From Camelus ferus (taxonomy: Eukaryota): a stretch of DNA of 64,000 nucleotides. The notes beneath the pieces were generated by a model, which made no database searches, was not told the DNA's origin, and saw only the letters and a list, made by a program, of their open reading frames with translations. The stretch covers positions 33,606,001-33,670,000 of the forward strand of contig NC_045697.1 of NCBI RefSeq assembly GCF_009834535.1. The letters run 5' to 3'. Below, one piece after another: positions 50,793 to 64,000 of the stretch (its first letter is position 1; each line of letters opens with the position of its first letter). Position numbers and translations under genes: made by a program.

Positions 50793-52760
50793 CTTTTTTT
50801 CCAGCATAGTGGAATGTAACTGACATATAACACTGTGTAAGTTTAAGAGGTACAATGCGATGATTTGATATACATTGCAAAATGATTACCACATAAGGCC
50901 AGTTAATACAACCATCACCTCACATAGTTACCATTTTGCGTGTGTGTGGTGAGAACATTTCAGATCTCTCTTAGCAGTTTTCAAGCATATGATACATTAG
51001 ATCCCCAGACTTTATTCATCTTATAACTGGAAGTATGTGCCTTTTGACCATCATCACCCAATTCTCCTCTCCCTCTGCAATTCTACTCTGTTTCTAAGTT
51101 CAGATTGTTTTAGATTCCACATATAAGTGAGATCATACAGTATCTGTCTTTCTCTGCCTGACTTATGTCAACTAACCCCTAAGGTCCATCCATGTTGTTA
51201 GAAATGGTAGGATTTCCTTCCTTTTTATGGCTGAATAATATTATTTATAATATATATTAATAATTATATCACACATTAATGCTTATATATTAATATAATT
51301 AACATACTATGTTACATTATTATAACATAGTGTTATATGTATATAGTATAGTGTATGTAGTAGTATAACACACATTACATGTAAATAATATAGATATATA
51401 GATAGATAGATCTCCTGCTTTTCAAAGGTTTGCTTTACACCCTTGGCTTTTAGTACTTGTTTTTGCTAATCAAAAGAAATTCGAAGAGGATTTTTCGCAT
51501 TTAAGAAAAAAGACAAAAAGCGAAAATAGCATTCAGCACTTGTTCTGCAGTGAGGCCCTTATATAAGCTGTGTGTATCTGGAGCAGCAAGAGTAGTGCTC
51601 CCAAGCTCCTTCGCCATGAACTACACTCAGGATCTCAGCATCAAGACACCACAGCTTTGAATTGTGTCTGTGAGCATCTGTGCTTTATCTAGATTTAATT
51701 TGTACATCCTTTAGCAAGATGTGTCTATCCCAAGGTAACTGCTGCTTCACTTTATGCCATTTTGGCTTAAGAAAGGTTTCATAGGAATGCTCTGCTTTCG
51801 AATAATGAGAGAAACTCGTATACCACATTTTCCTTAACTATTCATCCCTCAACGGAAATTTAGGTTGTTTCCACAGCCTGGCTATTGTAAATGATGCTAT
51901 AATGAACATGAGAGTGCAGCTATCTCTCCCTATGGAAAAGATTTCATTCCTTTAGGACATATACTTAGAAGTGGGATTGCTGGATCATACGTTAATTCAA
52001 GTTTTAATTTTTTGAGGACTCTCCATACCATTTTCCATAGTGCTACACCAATTTACTTTATCACCAGTACTGCATAAGTGTTCCCTTTTTGCTACATCCT
52101 TCCCAGCATTTTATCTCTTGGGCTTTTGATAAAAGCCATACTAACAGGCGAGGTGATATCTCATTGTGGTTTTGACCTGCATTTTCCCTCATGATTAGTG
52201 ATGTTGAGCACCTTTTAATGTGCTGTTGTTTTCATATGCATATTGTCTTTGGAAAACATCTATCTCAGTCCTCTACCCACTGTTTAATCCAATTATTTGG
52301 GGGGCTTGCTACTGAGTTGTATGAATCTCATATATTTTGAATATTAATCCCTTATGTACTATATGGTTTCCAAATACTTTCTGCCATTCCGTATGTTGCC
52401 TTTTCACTTGCTGATTGTTTCTTCTGCTGCGTAGAAGCTTTTCAGTTTGACGTAGTTCCACTTGTTTATTCTTGCTTTTGTTGCTTGTGCTTTTAGTGTC
52501 ATATCCAAAAAATTATTGCCAACACCAATGTCAAGGAGATTTTTTCCTGATTTTTTCTAGGAGTTTTATGATTTCAGGTGTTAACGTTTAAGTCTTTGAT
52601 CCATTTCAAGTTAATTTTTGTGAGCAGTGTGAGATAGGGGGCCAATTTCATTCTTTTCCATGTAAATGTCCAGTTTTCATAACACCATTTATTGAATAGT
52701 CAATTCTTTCCCATTGAGTATTCTTGGCCCCCTTGTCAAATTTTAGTTGACAACATATGT
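50793..52760 (-). mobile_element. L1MA9-like 3' ~1.5 kb
   Basis: 'ccatcacctcacatagttaccatttt..ttagattccacatataagtgagatcatacagtat..tagaagtgggattgctggatcat..gaggtgatatctcattgtggttttga..cagttttcataacaccatttattgaa'. Confidence 0.92.
51406..51818. mobile_element. Tigger/pogo-type MITE nested in L1
   Basis: Degenerate TIRs 'tctcctgcttttcaaag' and 'ctttcgaataatgagagaaactcg' followed by TA; L1 sequence resumes at 'taccacattttc'. Confidence 0.7.
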
Positions 52761-54014
52761 AATAGGAGAATAACAAAATATGCTTATTATCACAGAAGAA
52801 AATATGACAAAGTCATTAAAACATGTTTTTGAACAATATTAAATGTACGGCAAATTAGTTATGTATTTTGCGTTATTTTGTGCATATTTTGTGTATTTTG
52901 GATTAAGTGAGAAAAAAGCTAAAAATTACGTAGACAATATGATCCTAAATTTGTTGAACAAATATAATATAGAGGCAAAAGACAAATGTTTAGGCAGTTA
53001 AATACATGGACCTGGAGAAAAAGACCATTAACTGTTTACAAGGTATTTTATGTTGGATGACAATATTTTTCTTCATACTTTTTTTATAGTTTTAAAATAT
53101 TTACAGTTAAGTCTGGTTTTGTTTTTTAATCAGAAAAATAAAGTGTTCTAAAAAAAATTAGCTTAGGATCTGAACTATGTGCTTCCTCCAAGTTCTTACA
53201 GATCAGTGAGGAATGAGCGCCAGGTAGAGGATCTGACTACAGTACTAGGATTGGACAGTATCCTTTTCCAAAGCCCTTGATTAACATCACCTGACTCAGC
53301 TGTGCTTCACTCCACACACTCACCTCAGCTCAGCACTACAGGATTGGGACACTGATGTTCACTAATCAGCCTTACCTTATAAAGACTTAAGTTATTTGCC
53401 CAGTTGTTCGTATGTTTTACTTCTCAACTGCAAAGTACAGTTTCTATTCCTTCCGTCTCCTTACACAGTGCATCATCCAGCACTGGATAAGCTTTTGCAA
53501 ACATGAGGACATTAAAAAGTTAAACTGAAAATTCTCTCTTGAATAGAAAGTGCACAAGTTTTCATCCCATCAGGCACTCTTCTCATAAAAAGGGTGAAAT
53601 TAAGAGTCAAAAACCAAAACTACTCCTAAGAGAAAAATGAGATTTTTTGAGTAATTGAGAAGACTTGAAGCAAAGTTATTAAAAAGAATTATTTTACTTA
53701 TCCAAAGTCATCATAGCTGAAGAGTTTTTGTTTGTTTTTAAAGTGGCAAACATCAGTAAGGTATATCCACAGTGGAAGAAAATCACCACTTAGTAATTTC
53801 AGAATTTCACAGATAGATGAAATGGTGAATAGGATCAGAAATAGTTGGAACTATGGAGATGCAGTTTGATGGAACTGTGCAATGAAGGTAGAAACTTTTA
53901 ACTTTAAAAGTTAAACTTCATGCAATCACAGATAGAAAGACTGGAAACTTTGACATTATACCAGTTCTTACGTATGGACATGACAAACGCAGAACAGAAC
54001 AGAGAAAATAAGCA

Positions 54015-54205
54015 TATGATGGTAAGGCAGGTGGCCTAGAGGTTCCACCAGAGTGGAAATCTCACCTCCACCATCACTGGCTAACTCCCAGCAAGTTACT
54101 CAGATTTCCCTAGTCTAAAATGAGGATAATAGTAATACTTACCCCATATGGTTCTTGTGAGAATAAACTAAAACCACATAGTAAGTTTAACAAATACTAG
54201 TTGAT
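54015..54205 (+). mobile_element. MIR SINE
   Basis: 'agcaagttact..tttccctagtctaaaatgaggataatagtaatacttaccccatatggttcttgtgagaat'. Confidence 0.7.
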
Positions 54206-55113
54206 TTAGATTATGAAGTGGAGAACATAACTATTTCACTGAAATCCATTTTATTTGCTTACAGCATCATAAAAAGCTGTATTACTATTTGAAATTTAAA
54301 CATCAGTTTGAATTGGAGTCACGAATGCTGGGCCCTAGTTGAGGTTCTCTGACCTTGAGGTGAGCTGTGGGCACACCATTTTCTTTTCTAAGCCCCAGTG
54401 GTGTCATGGGAAAGTGTACAGGATAAGTTTTACACTCTCTTCCTGCTTTCAAATTCCTATGATCTATATAGCTAGGAGAAAAAAAGTGTTTTAATACTGC
54501 TGCTTACAAAATATTTTCACAGTAGGAACTGAAATAGTGGAGCATTTCAACATATTTATGTAACACCTAAATTAAACAAAGAGCGAGTACAATTTCCCAG
54601 TGGGAGAGCCACAGAAGTAAAAACTGATCAAAACAAAGAGTTTTCAGAATGCATACTAAAGTTTCAGTGAACAGAAGAAAATCCCTGAAAAACCAATCCT
54701 GGTGTTCGAAAGAAAAAAAAAAAAAAAGGTGTGGGGGGGTATTTTTGTTGCTTTTTTTGGCTTTTTTCCTCTGCATGTATCCTCCTTTATAGTCTCATAG
54801 AGACGCAGAAGATATACTGATAGCAGATAAAACTAATTCCACTGACTTATTTACATCTTTTCACCTTATAATCTAATTTAACTAATGTTTGTTAACTTAT
54901 GATGTATCATAAGTATTAGAAGCTGGTAGAAATTTTGAAGAGTTTTTTTTATGTATCTCATGTCTGCCCTCTAGGAATCTATTTATATATAATAAAATAA
55001 GGTATATCATATATAATAATGTACATAAAGACATACGGTATTTTTATATACTACAGAATAAGATATATACACACAGTTAATGTATTCAAACACAAAAGTA
55101 AATGGCTTAAATT

Positions 55114-55415
55114 CAGGATAGTAAATTCAAGAGATAATCAGGTCCAAGAAGGGCAAGTAAATACGTGCAATGGGCAAGGCAGATACTCAGCCACACTGAA
55201 GCACATTTTCTCAGAAAAGCTGCCTGCTAAACTGCCCATGGATTGCTACCACTTGATAATAGGAGACCAAGGTTCCTAGACCTACTAATTTTCTGAAGAG
55301 AAACAGGAATTTAGATGTTTATGTAAAATATCTATTCTTTTCTAGTGTTGGAAACTAATTTAAACATTTTAAAACCTCATGCAAATCAAATAGACACATC
55401 TTCAGATTATTAAGT
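55114..55415 (+). mobile_element. MER102-like hAT-Charlie element
   Basis: 'ttttctgaagagaaacaggaatttagatgtttatgtaaaatatct..tgttggaaactaatttaaac..aatagacacatct'. Confidence 0.65.
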
Positions 55416-55449
55416 GCTATGGAAAAAGTATTTGTTAACACCTTATGAT

Positions 55450-55645
55450 GCTTCAAATGTTTAACATGCTGTAACATATTTTTTCTCATAAAAACCTGAG
55501 GCAATTATTACACCAATTTTAACAATTTTATGGGGAAACTGAGGATCAGGGAAGTTATATAACATCTACACAGTCAAATAAGCAGAAGATTTGGTTTCAA
55601 AACCAGGCTTGTCTACCTTCGATGTCCATATCCTTTCTAATATGC
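55450..55645 (-). mobile_element. MIR SINE
   Basis: 'tggggaaactgaggatcagggaagttatataac..ggtttcaaaaccagg'. Confidence 0.7.
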
Positions 55646-57217
55646 AACATTTTTAATCAAAAAAATGTTCCATGAAAAGAGAACTTTATTTTAGACCTGA
55701 GAGGATAGGTAAATTTGGATAACAAAGAGGAGATATGAAATGGTTTTCATTAGAGGCAACATGTGAATACTAAGAGGAAGGAATGAACATGGTTTTTTTA
55801 GAGAACACCTTGGAAACTGGATTGGTGACAGTAGACATTACATAGTGGGAAATCCAGAGAAAATGGATTATATATAATATATCAATAGTATTTAAATTTA
55901 ACATTCACAACAAAACAGAACATCAGAAGCTAGTAAACTTAAAGAAATAGCTCTTTTCTATTCATCTTAACCTCCAGTGTCAAGCAATCATCAATGACAA
56001 CCTTTATTGTCTTTATAATCTTCCTAAGAGAAATAGATTTTGATGACAAAAGAGGTGAAAATCACGTTGACACATGTACATGAGAAAAATTATCTAATGT
56101 GCTGAACTCCGAATTCAGACATCCTAAAGCAACCCCAAAATGCAGTTGCTCTATATTTCAAACAAAAGTTAGTGTCCTATCTAGATGAATTATTCATTAA
56201 ATTACACTTCTTAATTTCATCTGGATTTTACTCAGTCTCCCCACAAAGTGTCTTAAACTGACATCCCAGAGAGCATGATCTGCCCTCAAAAAGTTTAAAA
56301 ACTGCCCTGATCACTGTGAAGAAACTAGCCTCCATTCTTATACAAATACTTTATTTAGTTTCAAAACCACAAAAAGACTCTGATTCCTTTAAAAATCAAA
56401 TTGTACTACCCCCATTAAAATTATCCCTAAACTATCCCTAAGCTTGGTGGGAAAATCTGAAATAACACAAACATGAGTATTCATCTCAGCTCTAGCCTTG
56501 AAGAGATGGAGAGTGTTGCTAGAACTTCTGGTATTTTTCTTCAAAAAAAAAAAAAAACAACTGAAAAGCTGAGAGTTTTTTGGAAGGCCTCTTAATTTTT
56601 CAAAGTTTGGCTTAGTTAAGAGAATAACTTGTAAGCTAAAACACACAAACACACAAACCTGCAGAATCTCTAAAGGAACTGTAGGAATTAGCATTCAGCC
56701 AGGGTTGGGGCAAAGTAGGGTAGAATTGCAGCAATGTTCAAACATTGCTATAAGACATAGTATTTAAGAAATGGCTTATACAAAGGTAGAGAGGAAAGAC
56801 ACTGCTAATTACATTTGAGAAACAGAAGTGTCACTTGTTAACTTCTTTACAGCAATCCTCTTTGCCCCCTCTCACCTCCACCACCGCCATTTCCCAACAA
56901 AGAAGAAAGTATTGTAGCATCACTTATATTTTGAGATATTTTGATATACCAGCTCAACCAGTATACGGGTTTCAGGCCATTTTTCATTCATGAAAATATT
57001 AGCTGTATATTAAATACATTTCAAACAGAGAGAATAAGGAAATAAACTATTCTAGAGCTTTAAAATGCTGCATCTCAAAGTTACTTGACTTAAATTATTT
57101 GGTTTGGTACAGTTAGATAGACCCTAGAGGAATATCTAAGAATTTCTTGGGAACAGGAGACTTTTTCAAACAATACAGCTCTATTTCCCTCAGTTCTTGA
57201 AGATTCTGATGGGTGTC

Positions 57218-57218
<1 letters not shown>

Positions 57219-57262
<44 letters not shown>
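57219..57262. repeat. (TG)22 microsatellite
   Basis: Read directly. Confidence 0.97.
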
Positions 57263-57263
<1 letters not shown>

Positions 57264-57929
57264 TGTGGTATGTGTGTGTATGTGGCCATTATGTGTACAT
57301 TTGTCTGGGTTCTAGGGTTGTAAGGATTAACAACCACAGCCCTAGCTTTCAGCAGCTGATGTGGAAGTACCTTATTCCTCAGATATATAAAGAAATAAAA
57401 TGAGTGGAAATCAAGGTAACCAGTAACTAACATGCAGGGCAGTTAATCACTTTTCTAAAGCCATTTCACAAATATCATTGATTGCTCTTTACCCCAACCT
57501 TGAGAGATGAATGATGCTTCCTGCATAAAAAGTGTGCTTATGATTTCTCTCTGATTATTCAACCAGTAGCTGGCAGAGCCAGACCCTCAATTTAAATCTG
57601 CTGACTTAGGGTGGAAACAATACACTCTCAGGGATAGTGTGTTGTCCTTAAGGTGCGTGGATGAATGTGATGAGGAATGCATGGTTACATGAATGAGCTC
57701 CACAAACGGGTGAGGCTGTTGAAAGCCTCTGTCTCTCACCAGCAGTGTGGTCTCTTCTTGCCAACAAGGCTGTCTCCACCCTAACAACCCATACTCCAGC
57801 CCTACCAAGGTTCCCTCTTTTTCTAACTGCCTTAACCGCTGGCTGATACAGCCTCTTTCATTTCTCCTAAATCCGACTCAACTGCCTCTTCTACTCCTTC
57901 TTTTTGGGCTTGCGGGTTTCTATCAAAAT

Positions 57930-58050
57930 GAACACAGATTTCTGGAGTCAGAGATCTTTGTCCAAATTCTGAAGCTGACATTTACAAGCTCTGTGATCCT
58001 GAAGAAGGTTATTTAATGTATCTGAGCTCTAGTTTCCTCATCTGGAAAAT
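57930..58050 (+). mobile_element. MIR SINE 5'/core
   Basis: 'tctggagtcaga..gctctgtgatcctga..gttatttaatgtatctgagctctagtttcctcatctggaaaatgg'. Confidence 0.8.
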
Positions 58051-58244
58051 GGCGCTGGGGAAGAATAAGTAAAGAACTCTTAATTAAATAAGGTAACCTA
58101 AGAGGTCTGTCTGGTAGCTATTACAGTTTATGTCTTCAATGACATTTTGTACTCTCAATCAATCTGATTTGGGGGAATACATATCTTTGTTTCTCATTTC
58201 TATCTCAGAAAGGTAATTCTTCACAAATTATGTCAAATAGAGAA

Positions 58245-58485
58245 ATTCTATAGCATGAGTAAAAGGAAATGAACTCAGAGGTCAGCATGTCAGAGTCTGA
58301 GTTCATGTCTTTACCTCTTCCTAGCTGTAGAAACTCAGACAACTTACTGACTCACTCTGTGCCTAACATGAGGATAGCAATGCTACCTACCTCAAAGAGA
58401 CTGCATCTTAATCTAATTAAATGGAAATTAAATAAAGTAGAAAGCACTCAGAATATCGTAGAAGCTCAATAAAATTTACTATTAT
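58245..58485 (+). mobile_element. MIR SINE
   Basis: 'ttcctagctgtag..acttactgactcactctgtgcct..atgaggatagcaatgctacctacctcaaag..gctcaataaa'. Confidence 0.75.
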
Positions 58486-59999
58486 TTGTTAGTAGAGATA
58501 TTATTCCTTCTTTATTTGAACCCCAATCACATTCTTTTGGTCAAATTATCAGGGGACTGAAATTGATGTCCAGTAGGTAAATAGATTAAAATATTATGAA
58601 CCATAAAGAGAAAAATACGTTTCTCTTTTAGATTACAATTTACTTTGTATCTCAAATCAAATTGAAAGCCTTTTCTTTGGGAACTTTAGCTTATCCATCT
58701 ATTTTGTCCCTTTTAAAAAAAATGGCTCATATTTCTGTGAAAACTAAATTCAACGCATAATTTACAACACACAACCAAAATCCAACATTTAATTTTATGT
58801 TTTATTCAAGAAAGAGCAACAGAGCTGGGAGGGGAGAAAAGCTGGAATTTGCTTAAATTTGTGATATTTTTAAGATTCACAAAATATACTTAAAGCAAAG
58901 GTGAGGTGAAAATACAGTGAAGATACAAGAAGATCCCTAATGAATGAAGCAGTGAGTAAAATTTCACCCCTGAAATTTTCATTGGTGACATTTTTTTTCA
59001 GATGCAACATCTAATATATAAAACTAAAAAAACAAACAAACAACAAGCTGGAGCTTAACTAGTCTTCATTTCATATTCCATTTCTGTAACTACCAAACCA
59101 CACATAGCCTATTATCTTGATTCTTTCGCATATGCTTTTTTGTTCCCAGAGCAGAATGTAGTCTCAGCTACACTAATTGTATTTCAAAATAAAGGTTATG
59201 CTTTGATATGTAGGTTTTACATGGTCCCAGATGACCTCTGAAAGCACACACTATTTTTTGTCTATGTAGCCTTAGATATGATGCTTTAAAAAGTAAGAAA
59301 ATTGTAAACATGGCAAATGCAGAAGATATTTCTGGAAATTTCTCTCAACACTGATATTTTTGTGTATTTTGTAAGACTGACACATGAAATTCTGTGCTGG
59401 TTGCTTCTCTTCTGTTATGTGTTTGTTTGAACGTGGAAATAACCATAGTACTGTTTAACCAAAATGCTCCCTACCTGATATGTCTGTGGTTACCGCTGAT
59501 CTCCTAAGTATTCTCTGAAAATTACAGGTCCATTCCTGCCTCGAAATGGTTTTTAAAAATACTTCAAACCTCTCCTCTGCTTCCAAGACTATGGCTTGGA
59601 ACTAAGACGACATAATTGACCTCGAACACATACCTGCTTTTGGGTAACTGCTACACTGCATGTAGGGATAACTTCTGCTCATGTATGTCTTTCCAGCCAT
59701 TCATTACCAATTCTTCTTTTTAATTTTCCTCTTTAGTTTGTCTTTTTTAATGGACATTCTGCAAATTTTCTGGAAGTCATGGAATAAAATAATTACTAAA
59801 CAAGGAAATTAAAGGAAGGCATTTTAAATCCAATGCCAAGTGCAAAATGTTAGATTTTAATGTTTCTTCCAGAGAATGCACTGCCCACTCATTTTGCCTG
59901 AGATCTGCTGGAGCCACTTTCAACCTTTCATTTTTTTGTTTGTTTGTTTCTTTTACTGTGTTCTCAGCTGTCCGTGGAAAAAGCTCAGAGTTGTTCCAT

Positions 60000-60665
60000 C
60001 TTTTTCCATCCTCGGTTCTGTAGCTGAATCCTAAACATTTTCTGCCTAAATGACAGTTTTTTCTACTTCTAATCCATACTATAAAGATCCTCTAGATTAA
60101 AATTCCTAAAACATCACTTTCATCATGTCATAATGTTGCTTAAGATCCTACCGTAGTTCTAGTGGTTGTGGGAAAAGCCCACATTCTTTACACTGAGAGT
60201 TTCCAAGGCCTGGAGATGGTATCCCATTTCAGTTATCAATCTAACCTCCTATGACTTCCCAATTTGCTGTCATTCCCATCAGATTATATTCCTTTCCATC
60301 CCCCACATGCCATGCTTTTTCTACCTATGACTTTGCTGATACTGACTTCTCTTTTCCCCATCTTTTCAGCTGTCCAAATCCCATGTTACTCTCTAGGGCC
60401 AACTGAAGTATCATAATACCTATTAAAAAAAAAAACAAAAACTTCAACTGCTCCAACCCACAAGTCACACTTCTCTTGGAATTTACACTAAACTTACCAA
60501 CTGCTGTGTAATTCAGTGTGAGGTTTGTATGCTGCACTGAATGATTTCTCCTTTGGAACTACTGCAAGTCCAAAAAGATCCTAAGCTGCTTGAGGTCATG
60601 GAAAATGCCCTATGTTACCTCTCTATTATCCACTGTGCTTTTTTCATTGCTGAAAACACACTCAG
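60000..60665 (+). mobile_element. L2 3' region
   Basis: 'tttcatcatgtca..tgcttaagatcct..aagcccacattcttta..taagctgcttgaggtcatgga'. Confidence 0.6.
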
Positions 60666-61019
60666 TATATAAGGACACAAAGTGGACTCGACATAATCTT
60701 AAAATAAAAGGTTTACAAAATGCAATTCTACTAATTGTATTACATAAGGATAGATTAATGATTGTCTAAGATATGTGAATAGGGCTAATCTGTGTTCCGT
60801 GAAAAAGATTAAGCAGATATCAAATTTTTATAAACAAAATAATAGTTTAAATATACTGGATAGTGATATTTAAATAATTTTTGGTAACTATAAAGAGAGG
60901 AAGGCCACCTGATTTTCAGTTTCAAACATAGGTTTCTGTCCTGGTCTCATAAAAAGAAAGCTTTTTGATTTTCTAAATTAGGAGTTAAAAGAAACAAGGA
61001 GGTAGGGAGAGAGCAAAGT

Positions 61020-64000
61020 AAGTATGGCTTCCAGCTGTGAGATGGTGTATCAGAGCACAAATGAGATGGGGGGGTGTCTACAGAGGAAGTCTCCCTGGGA
61101 CAGAGTGTCAGAGTCTAATCTGGGTGAGGAGGGCTTCCTCATGGAAGACCAACCTGGAGTTAGGGAAGCATCCCAGCAAGAGAAAGAGGAGGAGCCCAGC
61201 ACAGCTGCTCAGAACCAGAGTGAGCTATGATTCCTTTGGAAAGAAGCCTGATGTGAAATGAGCACCTAAGCTAGACGAGGAGGGCACGGTTCATGGGCAT
61301 GGCCTCGTATTAGCTGTTATAGCTCCAGCAAGATGAGAAGGATCTCCATGCATTTTGGTTGATCCAGTGGGGAGAACCAGGAGCCCAAATGCAGTGAGGA
61401 GGATACTTATAAGTGAGGGCAGGCTAGGACTGGATTTCAGAGTCTAACTGGGGCGAGGAACTCATCTCAGCGGAGAGTGACAGGATGGGGCATAGGATCC
61501 CAAGTGGAGTGAAGAGGACATCAACACATGGGAGTCAGATCTGGAACAGGTGAGAAGTGCATTTGAGTGTGGGAGGAGTTTAAAGGGAAGATAGGTGATT
61601 GGTATACTAAAGACAATATATTTCCTGGGAGAAACCAGGAAACAGGTTTTTCAGAATCAGAGATGAGAGTTAAACATATGCAAAAGGAGAAAACTGAAAT
61701 AAATTCTGTGGTTTTGGACAGGTATTGGTTATACTAAAAACTCATGGTTTTCACTATAGAGAGAGAAATAATTATTGATATAAATGTGTGTGTGTGTGTG
61801 TTGTATGTGTGTTATACAAGTCTATATTCCCTACATCAATCCACTGTAAATCCTGGAAGTACTGACACTCCAAAAGCAATCAGTAGTACACTTAACCTTT
61901 GGGTCTTAGCTTCTACCATTCCCCACTAAAAGGAAATCACGCTACTTGGAGAAATGGTTGGAGACACAGAAAGTGCAAGTTAAGCTACACATATCCAATA
62001 TGGATATTAAAATAATATAAGGAACTCATGCAACTTAATAGCCAAATAAAAGCAATTTAATAAATGGGCAAAGGACCTGAATAGACATTTTTCCAAAGAA
62101 GACATACAAATGGCCAACAGGTATGTGAAAAGGTGCTCAGAATCACTAATCATTAGAGAAAAGCAAATCAAAACCACAATGAGCTATCACTTCAAACCTG
62201 TTAGGATGGCTACTATTAGAATCAAAAGATAAGTGTGGCAAGGATGTAGAGAAAAGGGAACTCTTGTACACTGTCAGTGGGAATGTAATTTTGTATAGTC
62301 GTATGGAAAACAGTATTAAGGTTCCTCAAAAAATTAAAAATAGAACTACCCTATGAGCTAGCAATTCCATTTCTGGGTATAAATCCAAAGGAGATAAAAT
62401 CAATTATCTCAAGAGATATCTGCACTGTCATGTTCACTGCAGCATCATTCACAATAGCCAAGACATGAAAATGACATGTCTGTCAATAGGTGAATGGATA
62501 ATAAAAATCATATATTTAAACCAAATTTTCTTTATCTTATTCATATATCTATATATCTTATACATATAATATATAAATATATTGTATAATACATATTTAT
62601 ATAAATACATGTTAGTTATATATATAATATATAAATATAAAAATATACATACACAATGGGATATTATTCAGCCATAAAAAGTAGGAAATCCTGCCATTTG
62701 TGACAACATAGATGAACCCTGAGGAAATTATGCTAAGTGAAATAAGTCAGATACAGAACAAGGAATACTGCATGATCTCACTTATATGCAGAATCTAAAT
62801 AAGTCAAATCCATAGAAACAGGGACTAGGAGTGATTAGCAGGGCCTGGGGGTTGGGGGAAATGGGGAGATGTTGGCCAAAAGGTACAGACTTTCAGTTTT
62901 AAGATGAATAAGTTCAGAATGGTGACTATAGTCAATAATAATATATTGTATACACAAAATTTGCTAAGAGAGTAGATCTTAAGTCTTCTCACCACACATA
63001 CACACACACACAAAAATTAACTATGAAGTGACGGATATGTTAATTAGCTTGACTGTGGTAATCACTTCCTAACACATACATATATCAAATCACTGCATTG
63101 TACACTTTAAATAAACACAATTTTTATTTGTCAATCATATTTCAATAAAGCTGGAAAAAATTTAAAAGATAAGCCACAAAGTAAAGAAGTGTTTAAATAA
63201 AGGGAAATACACTAAGAATTCAAAAGCCAGCTTAAGTGGGCTACTGCTTGACAAACTGGGAACAATTTGAGTACAAAAATATAATAGAAAGTCTCTAGTT
63301 TATATACATAAAAATTAACAAAATTAACAGATTCACGAGGAACAGGATATTTATACAATTCCAAAGTTACTTCCCTCAAAATATTTACAAATTACAACAG
63401 GGAAAAGAGATACTTTACAGTGAAGGAATCTAGCAGACACCATGTTAATCTAGCAATCACAGTGAATATCCTGAGTAATGGGGCAAATTGAAATCACGCA
63501 CCACCTAATAGGATGTAATGAAAAGAAGAAAGCATTCTTTCTGTGGTTTCCTGACAAAGATGCCCAATATGAGTGTAATCATGAGGAAACATCAGACAAA
63601 CGCATATTGAGTGAACATTCTGCAAAATAACTAGCCTGCAGTCTTCAAAAATGTTGTCATGAAAGTCAAAGAAAAAAATCATGGAAATGTTCCAGGCTGA
63701 AGGAGTCAAAAGAGATACAACTAAATACAATATGAGATTTTTAGCTGGAACCTTCTGCTGGATGCATTTAGGGTAATGCACAAAACTTGAATGGAATCTG
63801 GGCCTTTCTGAAGTATCAGAGTTGATTTCTTGATTTTGTAGATGGTATTGTGATTATGTGGGAGAATGTTCTTTTTTGTAGGGTTTAAACACTAAAGTAG
63901 TTGGGAATGATAGAGAATCAAATTAGTAACTTACAAACGGTTCAGGGGGAAGAAAACACTCTTTGTATTGTGCTTCCAATTTTTCTGTAATTTTGAAAGG
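61020..64000 (+). mobile_element. L1MC3/MD-like long 3' UTR, split by a younger L1
   Basis: Internal 'cagagtctaa..ggg(t/c)gagga' repeats, 'aactcatggtttt..gacactccaaaagcaat..taaaaggaa..ttggagaaatgg', and after 63180 'taatcatgaggaaacatcagacaaac..cattctgcaaaataactagcctg'. Confidence 0.8.
61990..63165 (+). mobile_element. L1MA9-like 5'-truncated insertion with TSD
   Basis: 'aatgggcaaaggacctgaatagacatttttccaaagaagacatacaaatggccaacagg..tcaataaagctggaaaaaa'; TSD aagttaagctaca (61977-61989) and aagataagccaca (63166-63178). Confidence 0.92.

Noticed and set aside
61089..61474. Repeated 'cagagtctaa..gagga' motif as a novel repeat
   Set aside because: It is explained by internal repeats of the L1MC/MD 3' UTR.
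1..64000. Supplied short ORFs as genes
   Set aside because: All are 167 aa or shorter with no recognisable domain; many are microsatellite translations (VCVC, HTHT) or lie inside degenerate transposons.
1..64000. CRISPR array, operon or other prokaryotic/phage system
   Set aside because: There is no regularly spaced repeat-spacer array and no dense ORFs; the repeat content is clearly mammalian.

Overview
This is AT-rich, CpG-depleted placental mammal DNA, intronic or intergenic. It is most likely camelid: there is a camelid-type young L1 3' end at ~34.4 kb, artiodactyl-type Tigger MITEs, and I recognised no Alu, Bov-A/tA, PRE or CHR SINEs. I can support no intact protein-coding exon, RNA gene, CRISPR array or prokaryote-type system, and the supplied ORFs look like noise or microsatellite translations. 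Most recognisable sequence is fossil transposons: L2, MIR, L1M, MaLR/ERVL LTRs, an ERVL integrase remnant, and Tigger and hAT MITEs. Family names come from remembered consensus sequences rather than a search, and the boundaries of old elements are approximate. The best non-repeat signals are: (1) a ~1.1 kb CpG-retaining, disabled coding-like segment on the minus strand (39598-40680, parent gene not recognised) with a 3'UTR-like flank and a perfect plus-strand splice donor; (2) an ~90 bp, ~93% identical inverted duplication (26155-26243 and 27022-27112) with templated junction repeats; (3) an exon-shaped 308 nt minus-strand segment open for 100 codons (46405-46712); (4) a near-consensus CTCF site (45110-45128). 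I found no convincing novel biological system.
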